This document shows positions 1-8,683 of a stretch of DNA of 33,080 nucleotides, one piece after another. Each line of letters begins with the position of its first letter. Position 1 is the first letter of the stretch. Source of the stretch: Alphaproteobacteria bacterium (GTDB lineage Bacteria; Pseudomonadota; Alphaproteobacteria; Caedimonadales; UBA9215); NCBI GenBank assembly GCA_024280495.1, contig JAJRPZ010000050.1:1-33080 (forward strand). Reading direction: 5' to 3'. The notes under the pieces were generated by a model that had not been told where the DNA came from, searched no databases, and saw only the letters and a program-made list of their open reading frames with translations. Both the position numbers and the translations under genes were made by a program.

Positions 1-89
1 CCGTCCTCTCCGTCATCATCTTCAGCTTCTGCTGCCCACTGTGCCGCAAGTTCTTCGTCAGTTAATTCTTTCTCTTGGGCCTCAGCCAT
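1..89 (-). CDS. fliM: Flagellar motor switch protein FliM, N-terminal part (runs off the window)
   Basis: ATG at 89 with AGGAG RBS; MAEAQEKELTDEELAAQWAAEAEDDDG resembles the acidic N-terminus of alphaproteobacterial FliM; directly downstream of fliL. Confidence 0.7.
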   Translation of the reverse strand, partial: MAEAQEKELTDEELAAQWAAEAEDDDGED

Positions 90-141
90 TCTGTTTTAAC
101 TCCTGTTCATTTACTTTCCCCTTGTTGAAATCACTATATTA

Positions 142-732
142 TTATTGAATAACAAAAACCTGAAACAATACATCCATGACTTTTGCTGGTGCAGAAACAG
201 CATTTACTCGTTTTAAAAGCTCTTCCTTTAAACGTTGAGATCCCGCTGATCCTTCGAGGTCATCCACGCGCAACTCACGTAAATAGACCTGAAAAGAGTC
301 AATAATACGGGGCTTAATAAGATCAAGGGTTTTAATAGCTTCAGGATCATGGACTTCGAATTTCACGGCCAAACGTAAATAAGGTTTTCTTTTGGAACTA
401 CTAGTTTGAATATTCACCAACAATTCAGGCATTTCATAATAAGTAATATTTTCAGGAAGTTCGACCACTTCCTCAACTATTTCTTCAGCATGTTCATTTT
501 GAACACCATGATCATCCAAACCTATTAAACCACGGCCAAAAGAAGTGAAGAGTAAAACACCAGCAATGATAAGAATTACTAGGGTTGGAATACCAGCAAT
601 AAGCAAAATTTTAAGCATGCCACCAGATTTTTTAGTCTCATTGGTGTCTGTAGAAGTATCGGATTCCCCTGTTTTGACTTCTTCAGCTTCGGATACTGCT
701 TTATCATCAGCTTTTTTTTCTTCTTCAGCCAT
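142..732 (-). CDS. fliL: Flagellar basal body-associated protein FliL
   Basis: Charged N-terminus, one TM helix, C-terminal PELLVN...PRIIDSFQVYLRELRVDDLEGSAGSQRLKEELLKRVN motif. Confidence 0.93.
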   Translation of the reverse strand: MAEEEKKADDKAVSEAEEVKTGESDTSTDTNETKKSGGMLKILLIAGIPTLVILIIAGVLLFTSFGRGLIGLDDHGVQNEHAEEIVEEVVELPENITYYEMPELLVNIQTSSSKRKPYLRLAVKFEVHDPEAIKTLDLIKPRIIDSFQVYLRELRVDDLEGSAGSQRLKEELLKRVNAVSAPAKVMDVLFQVFVIQ

Positions 733-864
733 AACGGCTCTCTCCCTTTTATCTTCTTTTACTTAAGTCTAAACATTAAAAAAGGATTGGGCAAGGGGGC
801 ATAATTTAACTATTAAATTTAACAAAAAATGGGAGTGTTTTTTTAACCACTCTTATTGTATTGA

Positions 865-1341
865 TTATTTTGCTTTTTTATCACCTGCTTTTGCGATGCG
901 CCCAAAATTTGCAAAAACTTGTTGTAATAAAGGACGTTCTGCGACGGCATCAGGGGTGCGATTTTGCACTGGATTAATATCCTTCATATGAGGATCATGA
1001 TCTTCGATTTTCGTCACAATACCACCACTATCAAAAGTAATGGAAATAGTTTGTTTCTCTATGATTTTTGGAGGAAGAAAAGCAAAGTTTTCAAGTTTTT
1101 TAGAAACATAAAACCAAGTTTTGGGACCATATTGAGTCTCAAAAGTAGGACTGCCAATGGCTTTTAAGACGTCACTCTGTGTTGACGTCCCAATATTTAA
1201 TGCATGGATAATTTTTAAATCTGGAGCTTTTCCACGATAATGAACACGTTTCGAACATCCTGAAAGGCCCATGGACAGTATGGCAATCACGCTAACCAAC
1301 ACCATAGAATGCTTGTTAAGTTTAAAGGAAGAACGATCCAT
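865..1341 (-). CDS. bamE: Outer membrane protein assembly factor BamE (SmpA/OmlA lipoprotein)
   Basis: Lipobox LSGC; GTSTQSDVLKAIGSPTF...TWFYVS...ITFDSGGIV pattern. Confidence 0.88.
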   Translation of the reverse strand: MDRSSFKLNKHSMVLVSVIAILSMGLSGCSKRVHYRGKAPDLKIIHALNIGTSTQSDVLKAIGSPTFETQYGPKTWFYVSKKLENFAFLPPKIIEKQTISITFDSGGIVTKIEDHDPHMKDINPVQNRTPDAVAERPLLQQVFANFGRIAKAGDKKAK

Positions 1342-1502
1342 GTCAAAAGCCTAAAAAAATTAATATGTATTATTTTTGCCATGCCAAAGAGTAACTGTCA
1401 ATGTCCCCCCCCCTTTGATTGAAAAATATCTTCAAAGAAGTATTGTTGATTTTCAAAAGATCATTACACTGAAAAGAAGCAAATGACGTTAACAGGGAAA
1501 AC

Positions 1503-4157
1503 ATGCAGACTTATAAGGTTTTTTACCGCCTTTTACATCACCTTTCGCCTTATTTAGCACAGGGGTTTGTCGCCGTCCTATTGTTTAATTCCCTTGCAAT
1601 TTCCAAAACAGACGCCATAAACATACCCCCCCCCAAACCATCCGTCACAAAAAATGAAGAAAAGAGAAAAGACAAGCCGAAACCAATCATAGAAAATTTT
1701 ATTGAAACCCAAGGTACGAAAATTAAAACCATACCATCTCTGACAAAACGAGATGATGCAAAAAAACTCTATCGCATAAAATTAGAATGGCCAGAAGCCA
1801 AAAAAGCGGCTCTTTTTTTTCATCGAGATGTCGGGTATATGATTTTCGATAAATTAGGTCGATTATCACCAGGCACTTTTCCCAACGATTTTTTTGATAC
1901 CATCAATATCATTCCCCATAAATCCGCCTTAATTATTAGGTTTACCCTAAAAGAAAATATCGATATACAATTAGCCCAATTCAATGACGAATGGATTATT
2001 CTCACAGGACCAATGAAAAACGAAATGCCAGGGCATTTATACCCCCTAAATCCAAGAAGCACCCCTGATCGGAAAACTATCTCTATTTCAAATGAAGGTA
2101 ACCAGAATGTCATCCATTTTAAAGACAGTAAAACCCAAGATCAATTTTATGTTATTCCTGATAGAAACAGAGGTATTGATATGCCTCAATCTCGGCTTTA
2201 TTTCGATATTTTAAAAACTTACCAAGGTATTGCACTTCATAACAAGGCGCCTAATGCTCTCATTATTACCATGGATAAAGTGCATCAAACTCTTATTTTG
2301 TCTCTAAGTACCGATATGCCTCTCGCCTCAAAAAAACCTAAAGGGCACATTTCAGGAAACATTCCCCCTTTGGTAGATCTCAGAAAATACGACATGGATC
2401 AAGATACATTTTTACAAGTCAAACGTACGTTACAAGACAAACTCAGCACCGAAAAAAAAACTGATAGACGATTATTACACATGGAAGAGCTCGCAAAATT
2501 TTATATGGCAAACGCCTTTTATTATGAAGCCGCAGGGATTTTAACCCTCATAAAAAAACAAGATCCAAATCATTTTTATAAATCAGATCCCCTTCTTTTA
2601 CTCTATGATCTCGCGCAAATTCTTTCCCATAATATTGATGATGATAAATTTAAAACCAACGGTGGTAATTTTAAGGGAGAACCCGAACGCAGTCTCGTTC
2701 TCGCTATTCACGAAAAACATTATGGGCATGATGGAATTGCCTTAAATCAATACATAGGTGCTTACAAAATTATTCAAAAGCTCCCCCCTCCCATGCGGAA
2801 TGATATTGCCCTTCAAGCATTTGATGCAGCCATTCACGCGGGGTTTAAAAAACCTATTTTTCAATCCCTTGTCTCAAAAAATATTCTTTCAAAACGAAAC
2901 TTGGACGCCTTTGCTTATAATCTAGCCCAGGCAAATAGAGCAACTGATTCTTCACTCAGCCTCACCGATACCTATTCAAAATTGACATTCTCCCCCAATA
3001 AACGTGTCGCTCTTTTGGCACGACTTGCCCTTCTGGATAAAAAAACCCAAAGCCTTAAAAGCCTAATCAAAGATCTAGAATCCCTTAAATTCACCTGGCG
3101 CGGTGACATTTTAGAACAAAAATTTTTGGCAACCCTTTCCGACTTATATAAAAAAAATAGTCAAAATGATGAAGCACTACGCTGTCTTCGTACTATTGCT
3201 GCACACCTATGGAAATTCGAAAAAAGTCATATTTACATAAAACTAGCAGAAGATCTTTTTTATAAATCATTCATGAAGATGGAGAATGAACCTCTTCTTA
3301 AACAATTGGGTTTTTACTACGAATTTGAAGATATCACCCCACGGGGATATCGCTATGGTGAAATTCTCATGCGGGTGACCAATTTATACATGAAAGTTGG
3401 ACTCAATAAAGAGGCTATTCATTCATTAGGTCGCCGCCTTGCCTTTTTGGTGTACGAACGCAAACGCCGAACCATTACCCTCGGCGAACATGATTTTTTG
3501 GCAAATATGACTTATAAACGCATGGCAGAGCTCTATATTCTCAATCACGAGTTTCAAAAATCGTTGACTTCATTACAAAGAATAAAACCTTTCACCGATG
3601 GTACCATTTCACCAGAAACTCTTTTGGCATTTACAAATGATTTAAAATTTCTTAAAGCAACGTCTCATGTACATTTATCAAAATTTGATAAAGCTCTTTT
3701 AGACCTTGGTACCCTTGATTCCATCAAAGCCAAAAGATTAAGGGCCGATATTTATATGAGCAAGAAAGATTGGGTTGGAGCCATTGGTGCCATTGGTGAT
3801 ATTCTTAAGACCATAAAGGATACTGCTTTGCATAAGAGTTATGAAACAGATGCTATTCTTGATATGGCTGTTGTCGCCTCTCAGCTTAAAAATGATGAAA
3901 TGACCCAGGCTCTTATTACTGAATACGCGGATAAATTAACGGATCCAGAAAAGCGTCAGGCTTTTAACATTATAACATCATCCCCTATTCTTATTAGTAT
4001 CAATAAAAAAAAATTAGAGGAACAAATCAATATTGCGGGACGTTATGAAAAACTCATGGACGGCATTAAAAAGGACATTATGACATCAGCCTGGGTGTCG
4101 GACGGCAAAATTGAATCCAAAATTAAATCCATTGGGACGAAAACGACCGTTAACTAA
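1503..4157 (+). CDS. Large exported TPR-like/alpha-helical protein in the flagellar cluster
   Basis: N-terminal hydrophobic segment, beta-rich N-half, helical repeats (LAKFYMANAFYYEAAGIL; LESLKFTWRGD); convergent with fliP. Confidence 0.7.
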   Translation: MQTYKVFYRLLHHLSPYLAQGFVAVLLFNSLAISKTDAINIPPPKPSVTKNEEKRKDKPKPIIENFIETQGTKIKTIPSLTKRDDAKKLYRIKLEWPEAKKAALFFHRDVGYMIFDKLGRLSPGTFPNDFFDTINIIPHKSALIIRFTLKENIDIQLAQFNDEWIILTGPMKNEMPGHLYPLNPRSTPDRKTISISNEGNQNVIHFKDSKTQDQFYVIPDRNRGIDMPQSRLYFDILKTYQGIALHNKAPNALIITMDKVHQTLILSLSTDMPLASKKPKGHISGNIPPLVDLRKYDMDQDTFLQVKRTLQDKLSTEKKTDRRLLHMEELAKFYMANAFYYEAAGILTLIKKQDPNHFYKSDPLLLLYDLAQILSHNIDDDKFKTNGGNFKGEPERSLVLAIHEKHYGHDGIALNQYIGAYKIIQKLPPPMRNDIALQAFDAAIHAGFKKPIFQSLVSKNILSKRNLDAFAYNLAQANRATDSSLSLTDTYSKLTFSPNKRVALLARLALLDKKTQSLKSLIKDLESLKFTWRGDILEQKFLATLSDLYKKNSQNDEALRCLRTIAAHLWKFEKSHIYIKLAEDLFYKSFMKMENEPLLKQLGFYYEFEDITPRGYRYGEILMRVTNLYMKVGLNKEAIHSLGRRLAFLVYERKRRTITLGEHDFLANMTYKRMAELYILNHEFQKSLTSLQRIKPFTDGTISPETLLAFTNDLKFLKATSHVHLSKFDKALLDLGTLDSIKAKRLRADIYMSKKDWVGAIGAIGDILKTIKDTALHKSYETDAILDMAVVASQLKNDEMTQALITEYADKLTDPEKRQAFNIITSSPILISINKKKLEEQINIAGRYEKLMDGIKKDIMTSAWVSDGKIESKIKSIGTKTTVN

Positions 4158-4986
4158 AACCACGAACCAAGCTCTGAACTATGAGATACCACCCGTCCAC
4201 CAGAACGAAAAAAATGATTTTAAAAGGCAAAGAAATCATCATAGGTGGCAACATCATCATTCCCATGGACATGAGAATTGAGGCGACAACCATGTCGATA
4301 ATCACAAAGGGTAGAAAAAGCAAAAATCCAATTTCAAAGGCTCGGCGAAGTTCACTGATCATAAAGGCTGGCACGAGGACTTTATAAGGAATTTCCTCCA
4401 CTTTTTCAATGGCTTCAAGTTTTGCGATGCCAGCAAAAAGCTCGAGCTCCTTCCCGCGGGTATTTTTACGCATAAACTCATGAAAGGGCTCAGCTATTTT
4501 CTTTAATGCCTCTTCTTCCGAAATAGATTCCGCCATAAGAGGTTTAAAGCCTTGTTCATAGGATTTCTCCAATGTTGGAGCCATAATAAAAAGGCTAAGA
4601 AACAACGCTAAACTCACCAAAATAGTATTGGGTGGCGATTGCTGCATCCCCAAAGCCGTCCTGAGAAAAGAAAAAACAACCACGAGGCGCGTAAATGAAG
4701 TGACCATTAATAAAATTGAGGGGGCCAAAGAAATAATGGTGATAAAAAGCGTAAATTGTATTAAACGCCCCGTAATACTTCCCTGGTCCTCTGATTCGCC
4801 CAGATTAAATGAAATACTTTGCGCATTTAACTCAGGCATCATAAATAAGACCACTGCCAAAGAAAACAGCACTAAAACAGCAAATTTTGCCATTTTTGAA
4901 ACGGGCATAAGGTCGATTAATAAATTTTTAAAAACCCATCGAGAACAGTTAAACTTCATTGTTGAGGGAGTCTTAGGAAGCATCAT
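4150..4986 (-). CDS. fliP: Flagellar export gate protein FliP (start uncertain: 4986 or 4893)
   Basis: LAPSILLMVTSFTR, QQSPPN, PAFMISELRRAFEIGF, MGMMMLPP, FVLVDGW motifs. Confidence 0.97.
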   Translation of the reverse strand: MMLPKTPSTMKFNCSRWVFKNLLIDLMPVSKMAKFAVLVLFSLAVVLFMMPELNAQSISFNLGESEDQGSITGRLIQFTLFITIISLAPSILLMVTSFTRLVVVFSFLRTALGMQQSPPNTILVSLALFLSLFIMAPTLEKSYEQGFKPLMAESISEEEALKKIAEPFHEFMRKNTRGKELELFAGIAKLEAIEKVEEIPYKVLVPAFMISELRRAFEIGFLLFLPFVIIDMVVASILMSMGMMMLPPMMISLPFKIIFFVLVDGWYLIVQSLVRGFS

Positions 4987-5272
4987 ATTTTTCACCCTGA
5001 ATATTTGTGTTCTTCTGATCAATGAGGAATCCTCCATTGGGGGTCAATGCAATCAAGTTTTCTTTACCACCCCACTGTACAACCATAATTTTTTGCTTAG
5101 CAGTCACATGGTTAACTTGGGACACAGTGATGCGATCTGATTGAGGCGTTAGTGCTCTTTTTTTTCCCTGTAAAAATTTTAATGTATAAACAAGAAGAAG
5201 CATAAGTCCAACGACAATTAAAAGACTGGCTCCAGCCTTTAAAAGAATCATGCTCGTCATCATGCTTTCCAT
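4973..5272 (-). CDS. fliO: Flagellar biosynthesis protein FliO
   Basis: N-terminal TM helix followed by a short beta domain (KQKIMVVQWGGKENLI); AGGGAGG RBS; immediately upstream of fliP. Confidence 0.8.
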   Translation of the reverse strand: MESMMTSMILLKAGASLLIVVGLMLLLVYTLKFLQGKKRALTPQSDRITVSQVNHVTAKQKIMVVQWGGKENLIALTPNGGFLIDQKNTNIQGEKYDAS

Positions 5273-5293
5273 TATGGTACCTCCCTATTCTGG

Positions 5294-5653
5294 TTAATTA
5301 TAAGCGCCAGAAATTTTAGCATAAGCAACGGCAGTTTTTTCATGGTTCCTGATTTTAGTGAGTTGATCCTGATCCATTTTACTCAATTCAACAATTTTTT
5401 GCGTTAAATCTTCCAAGGCTTGAAAAAAATCAGTCATAAGGGGCGTTAGTTCCACTTTTTCTGCATTTGAAAAATCATCGATATCAACTGTGAAATTATT
5501 GTTTTTTTCAACGTAAAAGTTGATTTTGTCCATGGCTTTTTCCATGGCATCAGTTGAAAATAAAGTTTCTATATTTACGGCGCATTCTTTTGTTAAGTCC
5601 ACAGCTTCTTTAAGCATTATGAGATGCAATTGATAGTCGTTATTTTTCATCAT
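5294..5653 (-). CDS. Hypothetical helical protein, possibly a FliT/FlgN-like flagellar chaperone
   Basis: 119 aa, helical-looking, C-terminal AVAYAK; lies between csrA and fliO and overlaps the csrA stop. Confidence 0.55.
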   Translation of the reverse strand: MMKNNDYQLHLIMLKEAVDLTKECAVNIETLFSTDAMEKAMDKINFYVEKNNNFTVDIDDFSNAEKVELTPLMTDFFQALEDLTQKIVELSKMDQDQLTKIRNHEKTAVAYAKISGAYN

Positions 5654-5876
5654 GAATATCCGATACTTTTTTTAAAAGTTCAAGAAGTTTAGTGCTATGA
5701 GCCGCCAATTTATTTTCATATTGGATGCGTTTGTAAACTTCTTCTCGGTGCACAGAAACGTCACGGGGAAAATCAATACCAAGCTTTACTGTTTTGCCAG
5801 TTACCTCGACAACTTTCACAGTAATATTATTAGCAATAACAACACTTTCACCTAACTTTCTGGCAATTTTCAACAC
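5640..5876 (-). CDS. csrA: Translational regulator CsrA (probable GTG start at 5876)
   Basis: MLKIARKLGESVVIANNITVKVVEVTGKTVKLGIDFPRDVSVHREEVY matches the CsrA signature; AGGTGA RBS before GTG. Confidence 0.93.
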   Translation of the reverse strand: MLKIARKLGESVVIANNITVKVVEVTGKTVKLGIDFPRDVSVHREEVYKRIQYENKLAAHSTKLLELLKKVSDIHDEK

Positions 5877-5949
5877 GAGATCACCTGCACCTTTGATCTT
5901 ATTTTCAAAACTCATTACGAGTCTTTCTTTTTTATAAATATATCATGAA

Positions 5950-5996
5950 TTAAATAAAATTTTACTCTTTATTAATATTTTTTTACAATTCTTTAA
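5950..5996. promoter_or_regulatory. Phased CtrA-like half-sites (TTAA-N7-TTAA variants) in the divergent csrA/flgB promoter
   Basis: TTAA 5950, TTTA 5961, TTAA 5972, TTAC 5983, TTAA 5993; AT-rich background lowers significance. Confidence 0.4.
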
Positions 5997-6018
5997 GAGA
6001 TTAGAGTGAGACTAATAA

Positions 6019-6423
6019 ATGAGTTTATATTCAACACCCCAAATAAAGCTTTTATTTCAAAAGCTTGAGCACCTTCAAGCACGACAAGAAACGGCATCGG
6101 ATAACATGGCGCGCTCTGGTGTGGCGGGAGAAAAAACCAAACAAGTCGAAGACTTCAAAAAATCTCTCAGGCGAAATCGCCCCTCAAAATCTATAAAAAC
6201 AACTAATTCAAGACACTTATCTGGAAATATCAAGGAAACAAAATTCAAAACATCCATTGCAAAAAAACAAGGAGAGCCAAGCATTACAGGCAACAGCATC
6301 AGTGCAGAAGAGCAACTTCTTGCCCTTAACGAAACTGGTACGGAATTTTTTCGCATGCGCCAAGTGAATAAAAATATAATAACCCGCGTTCGCCTCATTG
6401 CTGGTATAGGAAGTGGTAAATAA
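6019..6423 (+). CDS. flgB: Flagellar basal body rod protein FlgB (divergent)
   Basis: KLEHLQARQ..SDNMA, TTNSRHL, GNSISAEEQL; position before flgC-fliE. Confidence 0.82.
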   Translation: MSLYSTPQIKLLFQKLEHLQARQETASDNMARSGVAGEKTKQVEDFKKSLRRNRPSKSIKTTNSRHLSGNIKETKFKTSIAKKQGEPSITGNSISAEEQLLALNETGTEFFRMRQVNKNIITRVRLIAGIGSGK

Positions 6424-6902
6424 TGAAAAAGCACAGCTATTTTCTTTTTTTAATTTTTATGTTCCTTTTCTTAGGCAACAACACAGTTTTTGCAAGAATG
6501 GAAAGTAGAAATAGAGACGCTCTTTCAGGATCTCAACGAACATTAACCGACGCCATCAAAACCAATAATGTCCGTATGCGTGTTGCTGCTGAAAATATGG
6601 CTAATAGCCAAAGCGCTGGCTATGTCCCTAAAAAAGTATACGTTCAAGCAAAACGCAATAGAAAAACAAATGGGACCACAGTTCAAGTAAAAAAGATCAG
6701 TCGTGATAAATCCTTGATCAGCAAAAAACTTGACCCAACCCACCCAAAAGCCGATGCCAACGGTATGGTTGAAATGCCAAACATAAGCCCTTTGATGACC
6801 ATGATGGATATGCAACGCGCAAAATTGGAATCAGAACATGCCATGAAAAGCTATCAAATGACAACAGACATGCGCCACGCCACATTAAAAATGATGAATT
6901 AA
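6423..6902 (+). CDS. flgC: Flagellar basal body rod protein FlgC with an N-terminal signal-peptide-like extension
   Basis: RMRVAAENMANSQS and DPTHPKADANGMVEMPNI motifs; TAATG overlap with the flgB stop. Confidence 0.9.
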   Translation: MKKHSYFLFLIFMFLFLGNNTVFARMESRNRDALSGSQRTLTDAIKTNNVRMRVAAENMANSQSAGYVPKKVYVQAKRNRKTNGTTVQVKKISRDKSLISKKLDPTHPKADANGMVEMPNISPLMTMMDMQRAKLESEHAMKSYQMTTDMRHATLKMMN

Positions 6903-7006
6903 CAATTAGATAGGTAAAGAGAAAAAAGCCTTTGCTAAAAAACATTCCGAAAAGGAATATTATTTGTTAAACTGGAATCAATAGCTTTTAAAAAGTGAGT
7001 TTTTTT

Positions 7007-7312
7007 ATGTCAAATCAAATCAATAATATCTCTCCTTCCCCCTTTAACATAAGTGATGCAGGGAAATTTGGTTCGGAAAAAACAGGGTCTCTTTCTGGTG
7101 GTTTTGGTGATCTCGTAAAAGGCGTTGTGAAGGAAGCCGTTGATACATCCAGGGCTTCAGATAGTGCGTCCATTGCGGCTGCCAATGGCACCATAAATGA
7201 CCTTGAACTTGTTCGCGTTATGACCGAAGCAGAAATCAGCCTACAACGCTTCAAAACCGTTTATGAAGCAACGAAACAAAGTGTTGATAAGGTTTTAAAC
7301 ATGAATCTTTAA
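7007..7312 (+). CDS. fliE: Flagellar hook-basal body protein FliE
   Basis: FGDLVK...VRVMTEAEISLQ...VDKVLNMNL C-terminus; follows flgC. Confidence 0.85.
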   Translation: MSNQINNISPSPFNISDAGKFGSEKTGSLSGGFGDLVKGVVKEAVDTSRASDSASIAAANGTINDLELVRVMTEAEISLQRFKTVYEATKQSVDKVLNMNL

Positions 7313-7314
7313 AT

Positions 7315-7338
7315 TATAGTCATTCCAAAAAGACTATA
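7315..7338. repeat. Collapsed remnant of palindromic element family A
   Basis: TATAGTCATTCCAAAAAG is identical to the left end of the 8654 element and is followed directly by ACTATA. Confidence 0.75.
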
Positions 7339-7732
7339 GATTGTTTTTTTCCTTATCAATAATCTCATCAAGCTCTTTAAAATTCAGGGGTTTCACGAGA
7401 AACCCCTTAGCGCCAGAATTTTTTGCCTTTTGGATACTTTCTTGATCGCTATAGGCTGAAATAATATAGAATTTCACCTGTGGATAAAGAAAATTTGCCT
7501 TCAAGAGAAGCTCCAAGCCATTCATTTCTGGCATATTTAGATCGGAAATCACAAGATCAATGGGCGTTGTCTTTTTTTGCTCTGAAAGACTTTTAAGGGC
7601 CAGTAAGCCATTTCTTGCGAAACTCAATTTGATATCACCAGCCTTCACTGCGCGACGAAAACGTTGTTGAATTAGCATATCAAGATCAGGTTCATCATCA
7701 ACCATTAAAATATGTAACATGTGTGTGTTCAC
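7334..7732 (-). CDS. Single-domain response regulator (REC); start may be ATG 7720
   Basis: ILMVDDE, SDLNMPEMNG (phospho-acceptor Asp), ISAY, FLVKP. Confidence 0.92.
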   Translation of the reverse strand: MNTHMLHILMVDDEPDLDMLIQQRFRRAVKAGDIKLSFARNGLLALKSLSEQKKTTPIDLVISDLNMPEMNGLELLLKANFLYPQVKFYIISAYSDQESIQKAKNSGAKGFLVKPLNFKELDEIIDKEKNNL

Positions 7733-7858
7733 CTGTAAAATTATACAATTCTCTTTATAACACGCCCTTTAAAATTTTAAGAGTGCTCTTTCAAAATATC
7801 TAATAAAAAATAAATAAGATATATGGTACAATTAACTAAAAAATCAAGGTTATAAAAA

Positions 7859-8683
7859 ATGAAAGTTGATTTCTGGGGTGTGCGAGGCAGTCATACATGT
7901 TGGGGAGAAAAACATAACGCTATTGGTGGAAATACCTCTTGTATTTCAGTAAGTATTCAAGATGAAGAAATCCCTCTCATTTTTGATGCAGGATCTGGAC
8001 TCATTGACCTCGGGGAAGTTCTCAAAAATTCAACGGGACACTATCATATTTTTATAACGCACCCTCACCTCGATCATTTGTTGGGCCTTCCCTTCTTCAA
8101 GCCCCTATGGAATTATAAAAATAATATCACTTTACATGGACCACAAAACCTTGAATACATTGTATCAAAAATGATTTTAGCCCCTCCCCTTTTTTCCGTG
8201 CCCTTTAATAAAATTCCCGCGGACATTGGTTTTGAAACCATGGGGGAGTCACCGTTCCAAATGAGTGATTTCTTAATTGAAACCATAAACCTCAATCACC
8301 CTGGCGGTTCCATTGGGTATAAACTTACGTCTCAGGGGAAATCAATTTGCTATATTACGGATCACGAAACCAATAACCATGATCAAAAAACTCTCATGGA
8401 TTTTATCCACAAAACAGACCTTTTGATATTTGATTGCATGTATGACCCTCAAGATTTAAAAAATCATGAAGGCTGGGGGCATTCCAGCTGGAAAGAAGGG
8501 TGTGATTTAGCCAATGCGACAAGCATAAAAAACCTAGCTCTTTATCACTTGAGCCCCAACTACACAGATAAAGACCTTTTAGAAATGGAAAAGAAATCTA
8601 AGAAAGAATTTAATGGTGCTTTTTTAGCACGGGAAAAAACTTATTTTGACCTTTATAGTCATTCCAAAAAGGTTCCAGTCTAG
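7859..8683 (+). CDS. MBL-fold metallo-hydrolase (RNase Z/phosphodiesterase-like)
   Basis: FWGVRGS, GGNTSC, DAGSG, THPHLDH (HxHxDH), HPGG, TDHE, GWGHSS. Confidence 0.92.
   Translation: MKVDFWGVRGSHTCWGEKHNAIGGNTSCISVSIQDEEIPLIFDAGSGLIDLGEVLKNSTGHYHIFITHPHLDHLLGLPFFKPLWNYKNNITLHGPQNLEYIVSKMILAPPLFSVPFNKIPADIGFETMGESPFQMSDFLIETINLNHPGGSIGYKLTSQGKSICYITDHETNNHDQKTLMDFIHKTDLLIFDCMYDPQDLKNHEGWGHSSWKEGCDLANATSIKNLALYHLSPNYTDKDLLEMEKKSKKEFNGAFLAREKTYFDLYSHSKKVPV

Noticed and set aside
733..864. Full CtrA box upstream of fliL
   Set aside because: TTAA/TTAAC half-sites are present but none has the N7 spacing
4628..5140. 170 aa plus-strand ORF and similar antisense ORFs (e.g. 6075-6434, 19241-19717, 23645-24229)
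   Set aside because: Shadows of well-supported genes on the opposite strand with no motifs of their own
5877..5915. 13 aa N-terminal extension of CsrA from ATG 5915
   Set aside because: CsrA homology starts at GTG 5876, which has its own RBS
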